This document shows positions 41,016 through 57,051 of a stretch of DNA of 64,000 bases, piece by piece. Every line of letters begins with the position of its first letter. Position 1 is the stretch's first letter. The notes under the pieces are model-generated. The model worked only from the letters and a program-made list of their open reading frames with translations. It ran no database searches and had not been told where the DNA came from. The stretch is from Octopus vulgaris (lineage: Eukaryota). Position numbers and translations under genes: made by a program. The DNA lies in assembly GCA_951406725.2 (NCBI GenBank), contig OX597827.1:83824001-83888000 (forward strand). Reading direction: 5' to 3'.

Positions 41016-41170
41016 GTTCTTTCGAAGTTTTGAGGGAAGGGATCTTGTCGATGACGTCGACCCCAGCACTCAACTTCGGAGGAACAACTGTGAAAGTTGA
41101 CTCGGAACGTAATGAGAATACAATTAAACATTTTGTCCGACGCGCTAACAGTTCTACCAGCGCAATGCTT
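41016..41170 (-). mobile_element. SINE family B, diverged
   Basis: gtcgaccccagcactcaac...aacattttgtccgacgcgctaacagttctaccagc. Confidence 0.55.
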
Positions 41171-41218
41171 TACATGTAACTATAATTAATAACAGTTGAT
41201 ATTTATTATGGATCGAGT

Positions 41219-41272
<54 letters not shown>

Positions 41273-41423
41273 CACAATTATTAAGAAGGTGAGTGTGGAG
41301 TGAGCAAATTGTTTAATTACATACATTTACAGTTGTCTCACAGATTCTCTATTTCAAGAGTATTACTTTATTATTATTATTTATATAATATTTATATACA
41401 ACTATAGACTATAATGATATAGC

Positions 41424-41465
41424 AATACCCTGGAGATCCGAAATTGATGAAACGATTGTAAATTC
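41424..41465 (+). ncRNA. Degenerate hammerhead-like motif
   Basis: CTGGAGA-tccgaaattgat-GAAAC-gatt-GTA (41430-41460). Confidence 0.3.
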
Positions 41466-41638
41466 CTGTAATAAAACAGCTTAGTCATTCCACATTTTCC
41501 TTGTTAATAATTATATAAATCCTACGAACATTTATGGATTTTCGGAAACATGATCAGTAAGAAACTGATCTCCGATTTACATTCACATCTGATAGCCTGG
41601 ACATGTTAACTCCGGCGTTAACATCCCATTGAAATACT

Positions 41639-41698
<60 letters not shown>

Positions 41699-41846
41699 AG
41701 TATATATATATATATATGTATATATATGTATAGTATATATATATATATGTATATATATGTATAGTATATATATATATGTATATATATGTATAGTATATAT
41801 ATATATATGTATATATATGTATAGTATATATATATATATATGTATA

Positions 41847-41900
<54 letters not shown>

Positions 41901-41929
41901 TATATATATATATTATATATGTATAGTAA

Positions 41930-42236
41930 CTGGCACTCTGTCGGTTATGACGATGAAGGTTCCAAATGATCCGATCAACGGAACAGCCTGCTCTTGAAAT
42001 TAACGTGCACATGGCTGAGTACTCCATAGACACGCGTAACCCTTAATGTAACTCTCAGGGAGATACTGCGTGACAGAATGTCACAAAGTTGGCCCTTTGA
42101 AATACAGGTACTACTCATTTCTGCCAGCTGAGTGGACTGGAGCAACGTGAAATAAAGTGTCTTGCTCAAGGACACAACGTATTGACGGAAATCGAACTCA
42201 CGACCTTGAGATCATGATCTGAATACCCTCACTACC
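41930..42236 (-). mobile_element. SINE family C (tRNA-derived)
   Basis: Minus-strand B box gagttcgatt, then gtgtccttgagcaagacacttt and ccagtccactcagctggc. Homologous to the 44648-44915 and 50180-50472 copies. Confidence 0.85.
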
Positions 42237-42957
42237 AAATATAAATACATACATTTTTAATGATACTTAGTGATAACAATACTTGGGTAGAATCTGCTGA
42301 CATAAAAAAAAACAATGAAATCATTCACGGAAATCAAACGACGGGTCTATCACACACGCACACGCACACAGATGTGCATTCATTCAGCATTAACTTTTAA
42401 CTTGTAAGACTAAAAGAACCAATTAAGGGGACACCGATGTGGAGCCCCTATTTCTCTCCTCGTGGTTGACTCAACCCCACATACACCTGTATGTGGGTGT
42501 ATATAGCTTTAGCGTGGGCTGAAGTGTTGTGAAATTCTTTATCACGAAAACTTGGGATAAATTCCATTGTGAGGAATCTTAATCAAAGGCCAGCGGTCCA
42601 GCCAGGTATTCGAAGTGAATCTGAGGAAACGGAAACTATGAGGAAGCTCGCCAGTAATACAATGGTGCAGCTTTGTCACGCTCTGCTTGAGAAGTAATTC
42701 GACGGACTTTGGTAAACTTAGCCACTTATACGTTAATCCAAGTAGTTTAGTTGATCAAATACTCGCTCATCGTCGAATACAATGGAGATCCACATGATAT
42801 ACATAACAAGTGTATGTGGGATTGTATGGTATATATGTGTATATATGTGTATATATGGCCCTAGACAAACGAGTCTTGTATATAGGAATGCATTGATGTT
42901 CGTGCGTGGATATTTATGTGTGTGTGTGTGTGCATGTGTAAGTGTGAGTGAGAGTGA

Positions 42958-43003
<46 letters not shown>

Positions 43004-43267
43004 AGATTAAACACACAGCTTTGTACTTACAGGTTGGCGAACATCTCCGCAGTGTCATGTATGTTGATGTAATGGGAATGTTAAAGTAAGGGAGTGTATA
43101 TAAGAGGAGAATGAGGAGAAGGAAGAAGAGTAGTAGTAGGAGGAGGAAGAAGAAGAAGTGAGGGGTGCAACAGGGCCCACTCCGATCTATACCCCACTCA
43201 GAAAAGATGGGTGTCAGCTTTTAACGCTGATGTCGTACACCAATGGTTAGCGGTAGTTGATGGACGT

Positions 43268-43304
<37 letters not shown>

Positions 43305-43420
43305 ATTATATACACTCTGCAGCTGTTATATGATGTAGTTATATACACTCAGGTGTTAGATGTATATTGCATTCACACATGCTGTACTTATCTAGGTTGG
43401 AATAGTGTAGTTACACACAC

Positions 43421-43459
<39 letters not shown>

Positions 43460-43803
43460 CCTTATAGTGTAGATAAGCCATAATTATATATACTGCATAT
43501 ATATATATATACACTGAAGCACACATACATACAAGCAAGCTAGCGATGCTCCACCGGCTCAGTTTAGCCGCCCAAACTTCCATGTGAAGAATTCTTTACA
43601 TTAGGTTTCTGAGCCGGACCTCCTCGTCTGATCAGCCAGAAATAGCAGCCAAATCTCCCCCTATCACAGTGTGTAGTCTCAAGGAAAAACAAATTAGACA
43701 ATGTGGTGGTGGGTGTGGTATGTTTCAGCTTCAATCGTTGTGGTCATGTATTAATATATATACAATAAAATATATATATAAATATGTATTCATACAAGCA
43801 CAT

Positions 43804-43941
<138 letters not shown>

Positions 43942-44611
43942 GTCTGTCTGTTTGTCTCTGTCTGTCTGTCTGTATATCTGTCTGTCTGCCTGCCTGCCTG
44001 CCTGTTTGTCTATCTGTCTATCTATCTATCTATCTGTCTGTCTGTCTGTCTATACACATGTACATGTATGTGTGCATGTTATGTTTTTAGGTAACTGGAT
44101 CTGTCTGTAGAGTGTGTAGTGAGACACACAACACACACAGTGTGTGTCTGTATGCGAGAGAGAAAGAGAAAGAGAAAGAGAAGAAGAAACTTGTCACGGT
44201 AGCTTGACAGATAAATAAATAGACTGAGAGACACCTTGTTAAAAAGAACAGAAATACACACAAGCTCACCGATAGATAGTTACATAAATAAACTGGCAGA
44301 TTGAGAGACAGACATACAGACAGATCGATAGACAGGGACAGAGACCGACAGACAGACAGATAGACAGAGAGACAGATAGATAGACAGACAGATAGATAGA
44401 TAGATAGATAGATAGATAAACAAACAGATTGTCTTCTAGATAGACAGGCAAGCGGATAGTTAATTAGACAAACAATATACCCCCGCCCCAACCCCCAAAA
44501 CAAGCATATTTTTCTATGTCAATTAAAGAAAGGTACTCAACGACGCAAAATGACTTGTCTTGTAAGAATCACTTATTAAATAAATTAATACATACACATA
44601 GGCACGTTGAG

Positions 44612-44644
<33 letters not shown>

Positions 44645-44647
44645 TAT

Positions 44648-44915
44648 TGGCACTCCGTCGGTTAGCACGACGAGAGTTTCAGTTGATCCAATCAACAGAA
44701 CAGCTTGTTTGTGAAATTAACGTACAAACTGGCTGAGTACTCCACAGACACTCCGCATACTCTTGACGTAGTTCTCAGAGAGATTCAGCATGAAACGGAG
44801 AGTGATATGGCTGACCCCACTGAAACACAGGGACAACTCATTTTTGTTAGCTGAGTGAACTGGGGCGACGAGAAATAAAGTGTCTTGCAATACGCCCCCC
44901 GCCCCCGGTATCGAA
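44648..44915 (-). mobile_element. SINE family C
   Basis: ggcactccgtcggtt...gatccaatcaacagaacagc...ggctgagtactccacagacac...aaataaagtgtcttgc. Confidence 0.85.
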
Positions 44916-45223
44916 CACACAGGCAAATACATACGCGCGCACACAGCCATACACACACAACACAAACACACACAGCCACACATCGCCTGTTTAACGCCTG
45001 TATTTCCGCGCTTGCATGTCTGAGAAATTGATTTTGAGTCAGGATTTGATAGTCGGATACTCTTCCTGTCACCAACGCTCACCTGTTTTCCGGGAAAGAG
45101 ATTTCTGAATTCCATGGCGAATTGACAGCGCAGAGCTGCTGGTCGGAATGTCAACAAGTAATGTCAACAGCCTGTATCGTTTCACTCAAATGATGACCAA
45201 TGAAATATCAGATGTGCGCCCGT

Positions 45224-45297
<74 letters not shown>

Positions 45298-45461
45298 CTG
45301 AGCGCGCAACAGGCTTGCTATGGTTTCCATCTATTACCACATCCATTGCCAGGTATTGATTAGATTCGAAACTATACAAGATATTTGTCTAAAGTGTTGC
45401 AAACTGGGACTACCTCGAAACTTCGTGATTGTGTGCCTCTTCGTCACACAGCTATGCCTAG

Positions 45462-45518
<57 letters not shown>

Positions 45519-45528
45519 ATATAATATA

Positions 45529-45577
<49 letters not shown>

Positions 45578-45896
45578 GTATGGATATAACTTAATAAACA
45601 CAATATATATTTTTATGAGTTACTATTAGTTTCATGCGATTAAAACAGTTCAGACTACATTTTTAACACGTCTGGTGCCTTCAGGCAATCCTCAGGCTGT
45701 AACTCCCCAGTACCAAGGTAGATGAACCCTGTACACACACACACACACACGTCTCAGCCTAAAAGCTGTGGACACGCAGGGGCAAGGCCAGCATCATTAC
45801 ACTTTAAATGACCATTCAAATGTGGGTGACTTTTTGTGAAAGTGGGAGTTTATGTTGCTGCCTTTGTCGGAGTTTCTTGCTGTGATGTAGGATCAC

Positions 45897-45982
<86 letters not shown>

Positions 45983-46140
45983 GTCTGTCTATCTATATAT
46001 TTATCTGTCTGTCTGCCTGTCTTTCTGTCTGTCTGTCTGTCTACCTGTCTGGCTGGTTATCTATCTACCTGTCTGTCTATCAATACATATACATATACAC
46101 ATATACATGTGCGCGCGCATGTGCATACATATATATATAT

Positions 46141-46306
46141 ATAAAGTTAATCCAAACAAGAAAGCACAAAAAACACAACAACGCGAGGACGTGGAACAAA
46201 TATAGTATTATTGGACGGTCAGGAAAGAAGGAAAGAAGGAGGGTTTAACGTTTCGAGCGGAGGTCTTCGTCGGAAACATAGGAGAAGGAAAGATCCAGAG
46301 AAGGAA

Positions 46307-46310
<4 letters not shown>
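46141..46310 (-). mobile_element. Penelope-type pLTR fragment with minimal hammerhead motif
   Basis: Minus strand reads GTTT-CCGACGA-A-GACC-tcc-GCTC-GAAACGTT-AAAC (46243-46277). Flanked by (TA)n on both sides. Confidence 0.55.
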
Positions 46311-46357
<47 letters not shown>

Positions 46358-46382
46358 TTGTGTCTATATATATATAAATATA

Positions 46383-46455
<73 letters not shown>

Positions 46456-47141
46456 GTGTGTGTATGTGTGTGAGTATATCTATATATTATAGATTGACAT
46501 GTTTTTGACCCACAGACAGGAAATAAACTGTTTTTTACTTTAAATTTTTATAAATATTTGCTGATATTTGGTAAGATGAGATTCATCACAGAAACCAGTA
46601 ATATTTTCTTTATATAAGTTTAAAATCATTTTATTAAATTCCTTCAGAAATTGAAATGTCTTAGATTTAATTCTGTGCTATTTCCACCTTCGTCTTTAAT
46701 ATAAAAAATTTTGATTTGTATAGATCTCTAATCTATTTTCAACTATACATACACACACACACACACACACACACATGATCTGTGCGTGTACAGCGAGGAT
46801 ATCCTTAGGTCATGGGACAGTTTCTGAAATTTGATAGTAAATCTAATACTATTGGATAACTCACCAAACACATCGGTAGATATTAAAAATTTATTAATTA
46901 GAAAAATAATTGACTCAATGTAATTAAGTCGATTATTAAGTATTTGTTTATTTTTCTACAACTTAATTTGAACTCACTTCCGTTTGGTTTGTCTCCATTA
47001 ATTGTGAGGATATCAATATTCCCGAGCGAAGCAAAGATTGTTTTATCTTTGGAAGATAATTCATTCCTAAAATATTAGAAATTTGTCAAGACACTTTTTG
47101 ATGATGGAATAAACATGGATGGAGTCGGTTACCGCGGCGAA

Positions 47142-47282
<141 letters not shown>

Positions 47283-47957
47283 GTAATCGCAGATACAGAA
47301 AGAATTGTTTATCGATCAATGTGGATATTTGGTGACATGATGTCAGCCACTGATTCCCTGGCCTTATCGACAGAGATTAAAAGATTTAGTTTTCGTTTGT
47401 GAAGTGCTGAAGCCACATCGAGTAAGTGTTTGTGTGTGTGTGTGTGGGGGGGGGGGGGGGTGATGTTGCCAGGTGGAATAAGTTACCATTCTGTCCGTTC
47501 CACCAAGTTCATTGACAGAAAATGTTGGATGGAAAGAAATATTTGACGAGTGAATAAAATTATTGCCAACACTTGTAGAGATTGGCCATAGAAACACACA
47601 AAAGAGGTATTGCATTGGATACACGTGGAATACACATATGGGGGATCGATTAGACATAGTGAGAGAGAGAGAGAGAGAGAAAGATGTACATATACATCCC
47701 TCTCTCTACCTGTGTATCTTTCTTTCTTTCTTTCTTTCTATCTATCTAACTATCTAACTGTCTGTCTGTTTGTCTATCTAATATCTCCCTCTATGTATAC
47801 TCACTCATACAAACACTCATGCATGCGTATATAAACTTTATATACACAACCAAACCATCTCATACATACACACATAAAGCAAGCATCCGTGCAAACACAT
47901 AAATCTAGTGAGACACACACACACACATAAACTACACACCGTCGGATTCACACATAT

Positions 47958-48002
<45 letters not shown>

Positions 48003-48293
48003 CGAGCGCAGTATATTTTATTACGATTAATCACAAAATATTCTCATAAATGAAATAAACGATTAGATGAATAAATTGATTACTGTGTATATGTGTGTGT
48101 TTGTGTCTGTGCGTGTATGTATAAATATGTATGTGTGTGTGTGTGTGTGTGTGTGTGCGTGCGTGTGTGTAATTGCTCACAGGTATAAAAAGTTCAAAAG
48201 TTAGCTTGAATACAGGATTTATATTAATATATACACATTAACGTGTGTGTATCTGTATGTATGTATATCTGCATGTGTGCAGCTTGTGTGTCT

Positions 48294-48328
<35 letters not shown>

Positions 48329-49153
48329 TACCTGAACGTATAGTACATACACACCGACATATTTATGTAGATAGATAATTGTGTTTGTCCGTTTATGCGT
48401 GTGTATGTTTGTGTGTTATATGAAATATTACTATAAAAGACAATTCGTATGCACACACACAGACAGACTGAAATCTCAGGTGTATATAACCAGGATCACC
48501 CTCTCTCCTCGCACAGGAGGTCAGTGAGTAACGGGTGGAGGCAGTATGTGAATGGAAGGAGAGAGACGAGTTTGTAGAGGCGGGGGGAGAGGACGACAGA
48601 GATTAGTTTGTCAAACAGTAAGTGGGGAGTCTCTTTCAGGTGAGCATCTTATCTCGACATACTTGAAGATGTCATTACAAACAAGATAACTCTAGGCTTT
48701 AGAGAAGAAACACGGTGTACCTGTGTGTGTGTGTGTGTGTGTGAGTGTATGTCTGGACGTGAACACTCACATAAGATCTGGCGCACTTTAGCTTATCCCG
48801 AGGTTAATGCCCTATTCGTACAACACTAGATTTAGAAGTAAAATGTAGAACTCACAACTGAGCTCCGCTTTTGGTTGCTTGTCGCACTTTACAGTGGCAC
48901 CTTCATATCACATACACACACAGACACACACACACACATACAAACACACACACACACACAGACACACACACACACACAAATGAATAGTAATAGACGATGG
49001 ATAATTGTTTGCTCATTACAGCTGGCACATGTACAACTCCTTGGTGTGGATGAGGATATCCTTCATTGAAAAACTAACTATGACCTTATTTATCTAGTTG
49101 AAGAATTCAAGTACAGTAAGCGTACTTTAATTGGCTGTGAGAGTATCAAATAA

Positions 49154-49529
49154 ATAGTAAAATAAGGACTCAGATAGAATCGGGTACTTGAAAAGATATG
49201 CACCGGGTAGGGTGGGATAAACCTGTGGTTTAGGTCTATGGTTGATAAGTATCAAATAGGATATTCCACGTCTGTTATTCATTTAATTATAATACACCAA
49301 GTGGATTTACGACTTACCGGACACCCTAGAGTATACCAACAACGTAATGCGTGCTTTGGACCAGTACTTAAGGTGCAAAATACTCACAGGTTTGGTTTTC
49401 TCTGTGTACACAACCAGAATATCCTATTTGATACTTGTCAACTAGAGGTCGGAACCACAGGTCTATCCAGCCCTACCTGATGCATATTTTTTCAATTACC
49501 CGATTCTATCTGAATCCTTATTTTACTAT
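49154..49529. mobile_element. MITE-like element with 113-bp imperfect TIRs
   Basis: 49154-49266 is the reverse complement of 49417-49529 (roughly 85% by eye), with a 150-bp spacer. Confidence 0.85.
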
Positions 49530-49558
49530 ATATATATAGTAAAATAAGGATATATATG

Positions 49559-49594
<36 letters not shown>

Positions 49595-49926
49595 AATGAA
49601 TATAGATATGTGAAAAAAGAAATGTAAATATGTACGTATATTGTGTATGTGTTTACCTAAGTGGACATGTATGTCATTTTTTTCTCATTATTTACATTTT
49701 CCATTTCAAAAAAGTGTTGGTTTCAACCAAGCAAAGAGTAAAAATCCTTCGATTTTTCTACAATAAAAATGATCAAAAATATCGTTGTTGTTTCTTTTGT
49801 CTTTGATTCCTGGTCGAGATCTTGTAGTTGGTCAATTGGTCTTGAGAGGGATCTCAGAGTTGATGGTCAGACATGGAAGTGGGCAATGAATAATGGGATG
49901 TCATCAGACAAGATGAAACAGTCATG

Positions 49927-49986
<60 letters not shown>

Positions 49987-50179
49987 TGTGTGGACACCAA
50001 TTTTAACAGCTGTCCATGAATTTCTTTTCTCTGTGCCCCACGATTATATCTGGTCTTTTGCGTTTATATTTGATTAATGTCTTGACAGAAATATTCCACC
50101 AGTGTCTTCTTAGGGCCACCACATCACTCTTACATGTGGATTATATTTTCTATGGATTTTGTTGTATAATGTTCCAAAC

Positions 50180-50472
50180 TGGCGCTCCGTCGGTTACGAC
50201 GACGAGGGTTCCAGTTGATCCAATCAACGGAACAGCCTGCTTGTGAAGTTAATGTCAAGTGGTTGAGTACTCCACAGACACTCGTACCCTTAACATAATT
50301 CTCATGGAGATTCATTGTAACACAGAATGTGACAAGGCTGGCTCTTTGAACTCATTTTTGCCAGCTGAGTGGACTGGAGCAGCGTAAACTAGAGTGTCTT
50401 GCTCAAGGAATCGAACTCATGACCTTACGATCGTAAACAGAATACCCCTAACCACTAAGCCACACACCTTCA
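50180..50472 (-). mobile_element. SINE family C, near full length
   Basis: ctccgtcggttacgacgacgagggttccagttgatccaatcaacggaacagcc...gaatcgaactcatgacc...cctaaccactaagccac. Confidence 0.85.
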
Positions 50473-50539
50473 CTAATATATAATATAATGTATAATGTTC
50501 TAAGCATCATATCAAAACCTCATAATATCATGATCATAT

Positions 50540-51850
50540 TTTCCGACATCAGCTTATAATGACGGTGACACCCTCAGTGTTAAATGCAAGAAGATCAGGA
50601 TTATAAAGAATTGAACCCTGAGAATGTTTCGTGAACAGTTGGGAAAGGTCGTTAGACAGAATAGAGTTCTAATCAATCACCATGTCTGGGTGATAGATGC
50701 CACATGTGGGCACACTGGCTTACGTGTAGATACACTAGTTCGACCATACAGTTCAACAGGGTTAAGGCAACCAGACGCAAGTCATTTAGGTGTTCAAGCC
50801 TTGGATCTAATTTTCTGAAGAATCATTTTCATGGAATTTCAGTTCATGGGAGGTGGGTGAGGTACGTGATAAAGTCTGTTCTTTCAAGAACTCAGCAGAG
50901 AAAATTATTGTCGATTCTTCATTAGAGTTTTCGCATTTATATATTGTGCTGGAAGATAGTATGAACGTTTCATAAATTATGAAGAGAGAAGCCTGAGGGA
51001 TACAATTCGAATCTGAAGAAGGAATTTTTATGGACGATATCGATGTATCCAGGTTAGAGACAGGAAATTAAAAATCGTGAGCCGTTCACGCACGTAACAT
51101 ATCCGCCGCTATTCCTGCTTCTGCAGAAAGGCGAATAGTTTCTCTCTTTTTCTCATGTAGCCCAATCGGAGTATTATAGAAAGTCGTATTACCAAACCCC
51201 CTTGATCCATCAACTAAGAAGGAACTGTGATTAGACATGTCATCGTTTATGACACTAAGAATACAATGAAATAACTTCATCGTTGTTTAAATTCACGTTC
51301 TTTGTTTTTGCTCCAACTTCCTCTGTTTTGGGTAATTGTGATTCAGTGAAACAATGCAAAACAATTCAACTCTCGGCAAAATCTAACGCTGAACACTTTA
51401 CAGTCAGGCATTGGTAAAGTGTTTTCGATCTTTTTCGAGTATTTTACTCTGCTTTCCATAGTCAGATAAAGAAGACAGTTTCGGAAGAGGAACATCTAAC
51501 CAAACGTTTAACTCTTTCATTGCTCCTGTTTATTAAATATCGCTCTTCTCTTCCGCTTCTTCAGTCTCCGTTTGCAGAAACAACAAACCTAATAACTCCA
51601 TTCCCATTCAAAAGTAATATTCTGAGACGAGTCGGAAACGTTGTTCAGATTCTTTGGCACCGAGAGTGAATAATCTTGCAATAGTTTTACGGGAACCACA
51701 AATTCTTGGTTTCCACGTAGAATTATCTTGTCGAAAACATAATTATATGGAATTAACGAAAAGAAACAAGTTTTGTCAAGACTCATTTTGTTAATTAGTG
51801 GAATCAGGCAATCAGGTGGGTGTTTGGTGATTAGCCACGCGTCTAATGAA
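50540..51850 (-). mobile_element. Helitron PIF1-type helicase relic
   Basis: FLVDGSRGFGNTTFYNT...SAEAGIAADML resembles FLDGPGGTGKTFLYNT...A.TGIAA.LL. Downstream SLFIIYE resembles LIIWDE, and PPHELKF resembles PPH.L.LK. Many stops. Confidence 0.72.
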
Positions 51851-52004
51851 GATCCTTAATTTTCTTTTGTGGAGAAACAAAACTAACTCGGAACCCTTTC
51901 CAAATGAACTTCCAACTGGAATTTGTCATCTATTTTATATTCCTTTAGAAATATTTAATTCCTTCAAGAACAATATTAGATATTTAAATATTATCAAACT
52001 TAAT

Positions 52005-52102
52005 CGTGACAGTGCCACTGCGTGGCACGTTGGGCAGACATCTTCTATTATAGCACTGGGCCGACCAGGATATGGTTGACAAACTGAAAGAAGCCCGTCG
52101 TA
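52005..52102 (+). mobile_element. SINE family A head fragment
   Basis: ccactgcgtggcacgttgggcagacatcttctattatagc...aaactgaaagaagcccgtcgtata. Confidence 0.75.
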
Positions 52103-52110
52103 TACGTGTG

Positions 52111-52141
<31 letters not shown>

Positions 52142-52179
52142 CGCTCATTTGAATAACCTCGTAATCACATACACGCGCA

Positions 52180-52741
<562 letters not shown>

Positions 52742-54405
52742 CCCTGAAAGTGAAGTGCTCGCTGTAAGAAACTTTAGTCAACTCAATTATTCCCAATATT
52801 CCCAGATATTTACTCCCCTTCCATATAATCTATGTTTCTCACTATTTTCTTCGCACTCTTCTTCCCGCAATCAAGACATCTTTATTTCATTTATTATTCT
52901 CCCAGAATGCTTCGTCAATCTTGTATTTCTTAACTTTTCTTTAGTTCATTTCAGTTGACGGATTAAGTGTATCCAACCCATTCACTTCTGCCTGACACAT
53001 TAAACTTGTCTCCTTCGTCTGAAATAATCCTACTAAGTATGAGATAATCCTCGTTTCTCGATTTCATAGAATCGCAATATACCTGAACATGGTCAAAAGT
53101 ATTATTTTACAGAAAACTGTTCAATAGATTTGTCAGTTTAATGTGAAAGCCTCTTGTCACAGTATCTTATCCGTCTGGAGGGAGTTCGCCACGAAACAAA
53201 GATTATCTCTTCATTTCATCCGAACAAAAATTTCATGTCATAATAGGAAACAAATCTGGTTTCGGAAGATTTCTCTTCAGAGCTCCATGGTGGTCCTGCT
53301 TGTCTGCCTGCCTGCCAGTCTGTCTGTCTGTCTGTCTGTCTGTCTGTGCCTGTCTGTCTGTCTAGCTAGCTAGTTAGCTAGATATATAAATAATGACGGT
53401 GAACCCTTTGTTGTGAATATGATTTTAGTGTTTCCTCTTCCCTTCAAATTCAGTATTATGACCCCCTAATCTCGACCCATTTGACTTTAACATTATCCTA
53501 TCCGTATAGAGAACCAAGATGGCAGTCAAGATTAACCATTAATCTTGAAGTGATTAACAACAAGAGATGCACCGATATTGTTGTGTTATAATACAGTCAG
53601 CCGGAAAAGAAAACCGACCCGTCCATATATGGCGGGAAAGATTTCAGCCATGGGTTATCGAATTCTGGGTTCGAGTTGAGATCAATAATTTAAAATATGT
53701 GAGATTGCAACCAGGACATCGCAAAGTTTAACGGAATCAAAGATCTAGGGATCATCTAAAGAGCTCTAGTACGATGTTCTGTTAGTTTACCAGATACGTG
53801 TTAAAGATCTGTAAGGAACTTGATAGCTAGTATATTCCCACTGCGCTGGCTAGCGAACAAATCGACCACAGGACTTGTTTAAAGTCTGCTACTTAATTCT
53901 ATCGGTTTATTTTCCGAACCACTAAGTTAGAGGAGGTAAAAGAAACAACAATGGTTGTAGGGCATAAACACAAATACAGATACCCTCCACCACATACGTG
54001 TAAGATTTCTTTTATTTCCTTTAATATATTTTCATTTTTTTGTCTTCTGTTCCTACCATTTTCTTCATTTTCATCGTCAGTAATATTTGTAGATCTATTT
54101 TTAACAATCAATATTGGTTGAAATCAATGGCGATTTTATTGGATAAATTTACTCTTTAGTATTTCAAGATATTTTTATGTAATTTTGGAAAATACATCTG
54201 TTAAAATGAGATGTCAGTGTTATTTCCGTTTTTGCGTAATTTAGACGACAATTTATTCATCGCACTCTGTACGTACATACATACACACATACATACATAC
54301 ATACATACATACATACATACATACATACATACATACATACATACATACATACATACATACATACATACATACATACAACATATACATACAACATATGTGT
54401 GTGCG

Positions 54406-54442
<37 letters not shown>

Positions 54443-54656
54443 GTATATATATACACACACACACGCATGAATATATGTATATAAATACATGTATATTCCC
54501 ATATGAATATACGTGACTAAGTTCATTTATCTATTTATCTATCTATCTGCCTGCCTGTCTGTCTGTCTGTATATACATATGATATATATACGAATGAATG
54601 CAGGTAGGTAACTTGATATATATATGTATATATGTAAATATGTATATATATGTATG

Positions 54657-54706
<50 letters not shown>

Positions 54707-54747
54707 CATACATTTATATATATGTACAAACACACACATACATATAT

Positions 54748-54810
<63 letters not shown>

Positions 54811-54903
54811 TATATACATATATCTATCTGTCTATCTATCTATCTATCTCTCTCTATATATATACACATATACATTTATATATATGTACAAACACACACA
54901 CAT

Positions 54904-54955
<52 letters not shown>

Positions 54956-55231
54956 ATATATGTATCTGTGTGTATGCGTATGATTCCATGTCGACAACTT
55001 AGTTCCTTGCAAGTCTGCCTGCGATGTCCATACATAAGTGTGTGTATGATAAGTGTGTGTATACATAATGTTTGACATGACTCAGTAAACAGACACATCT
55101 CCATCTATAACAGACTGTCTTAAAGGGTTCCACTGGTTAGTGTCTGCGAGAGAATACATATGGCGGCAACACCAACTCGTACAGTAACCTATAGAGACAA
55201 AGAGATAGAGAGAGAAGTAGAGAGAGAGAGA

Positions 55232-55270
<39 letters not shown>

Positions 55271-55377
55271 CGCGCGCGTGTGTGTGTGTGTCAGTACACT
55301 TATATGATGAAATAAATGATATATCTTGCTATATTGTCGTTTGATATATGTCTGCGTTTTAACATTTGGCATTAGAC

Positions 55378-55439
<62 letters not shown>

Positions 55440-55660
55440 GTATGTGCGGGCATACACGGATCTATATTGTAAGAATATATTGCATATCTAGTTATACATA
55501 CATACAGACTGACACATATAGACATCTCTATATACATATGCATATACTCATATACATATATGTGTGTGTATATACATATAACATATGGAGATATAAATGT
55601 ACACACAAGTGTGTGTATGTATATATTTGTTGTTTATGCACACACACATATATTCATACA

Positions 55661-55696
<36 letters not shown>

Positions 55697-56044
55697 TGAT
55701 ATATATATAACTATACATACATATTTATATATAATTCTATATATGTATTACATACATGCATGTAATACTTATATACATACGTATATATGTATATACTTGC
55801 ATATGTATATATATATATTTATGCATGAATGCATTCTATTCATGTATGTATATGTATGTGTTGGTATATATGCATACATATCAATGTGTTTTTGCATTTA
55901 TATGTATATGCATATATCCCTGCATATATCTATGGAGGTATGTGTGTATACACACACGCGCGCACGCACACACATATACACGCATATGTACGAACACAGA
56001 TATATTTACATACATATACATTCAAACATACATACATGCATGTA

Positions 56045-56101
<57 letters not shown>

Positions 56102-56146
56102 GTCTGTCTATCTGTCTGTCTATCTGTCTGTCTGTCTGTCTGTCTA

Positions 56147-56193
<47 letters not shown>

Positions 56194-56727
56194 TCTTTGT
56201 CTGGATCTTCTTTGTGCTGCTTTCGAGTCCATCGTCACCAACCACCTGTTCACTGCCAAAATGGTCAAACACCAAAATGCCGTTGTTCTCTTCAACATTC
56301 TTTCTGGACCCATTTATAGTTGAAAGTTGCAGGAAGCAAGTCTTGCAGATTTTTATTGTTCCCATCATTTTCAGTATCTGTAGTGGAAGCAACTAAAGGT
56401 AGCCAACAATTCCTTATTTCATTGTTCCTACTGGGGCGCTCCATATACACTGCATCGTTCCAATAATAAAACTAAATGTCAATCGTGGTTCCTCGAGCTA
56501 TAAATTCCTCACCCCTGGTCCATTGACATCCCGTCCCCCCACAGGGGACCTCAAACAGTGCAACTGGCTTACACCAGGGAACGCGCTTTATTTCATGGTC
56601 TCTAACAACGCTATTAGTTTGGGTGTTTTCATTTGGTTTTGTCTCGGTGTGTGTCTATGCATATATATGTAAATATATATACGTGCATATATAAGTACAT
56701 GTATGAATATATACATATAGTTATCAA

Positions 56728-56783
<56 letters not shown>

Positions 56784-56912
56784 CCAATCTATGTATGTAT
56801 GTCATTATTTAGTTTTATTTCAAGATTTCTTGCTAGGTTTCTAACCTGGATCCTGGGCTCCTTCATTGGAATTTCAACATCAGGGTATTTTTTATTTGTT
56901 TGTATGTATGTA

Positions 56913-56967
<55 letters not shown>

Positions 56968-57051
56968 ATGTATGTATGTATGTATGTATGCAAAGAGACA
57001 ACAAAAGAACGAGACCTCGATATTAGGTAAATAGTGGATTATTCATATATG

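Noticed and set aside
53440-53520. PPNLDPFDF as a Tc1/mariner WPPxSPDLNP relic
   Set aside because: Single weak motif with no supporting neighbours.
56144-56392. Unique-looking minus-strand ORF (LQILKMMGTIKICKT)
   Set aside because: Resembles the R4 C-terminus GTVKICKTF seen at about 17980; more likely a retroelement remnant than an exon.
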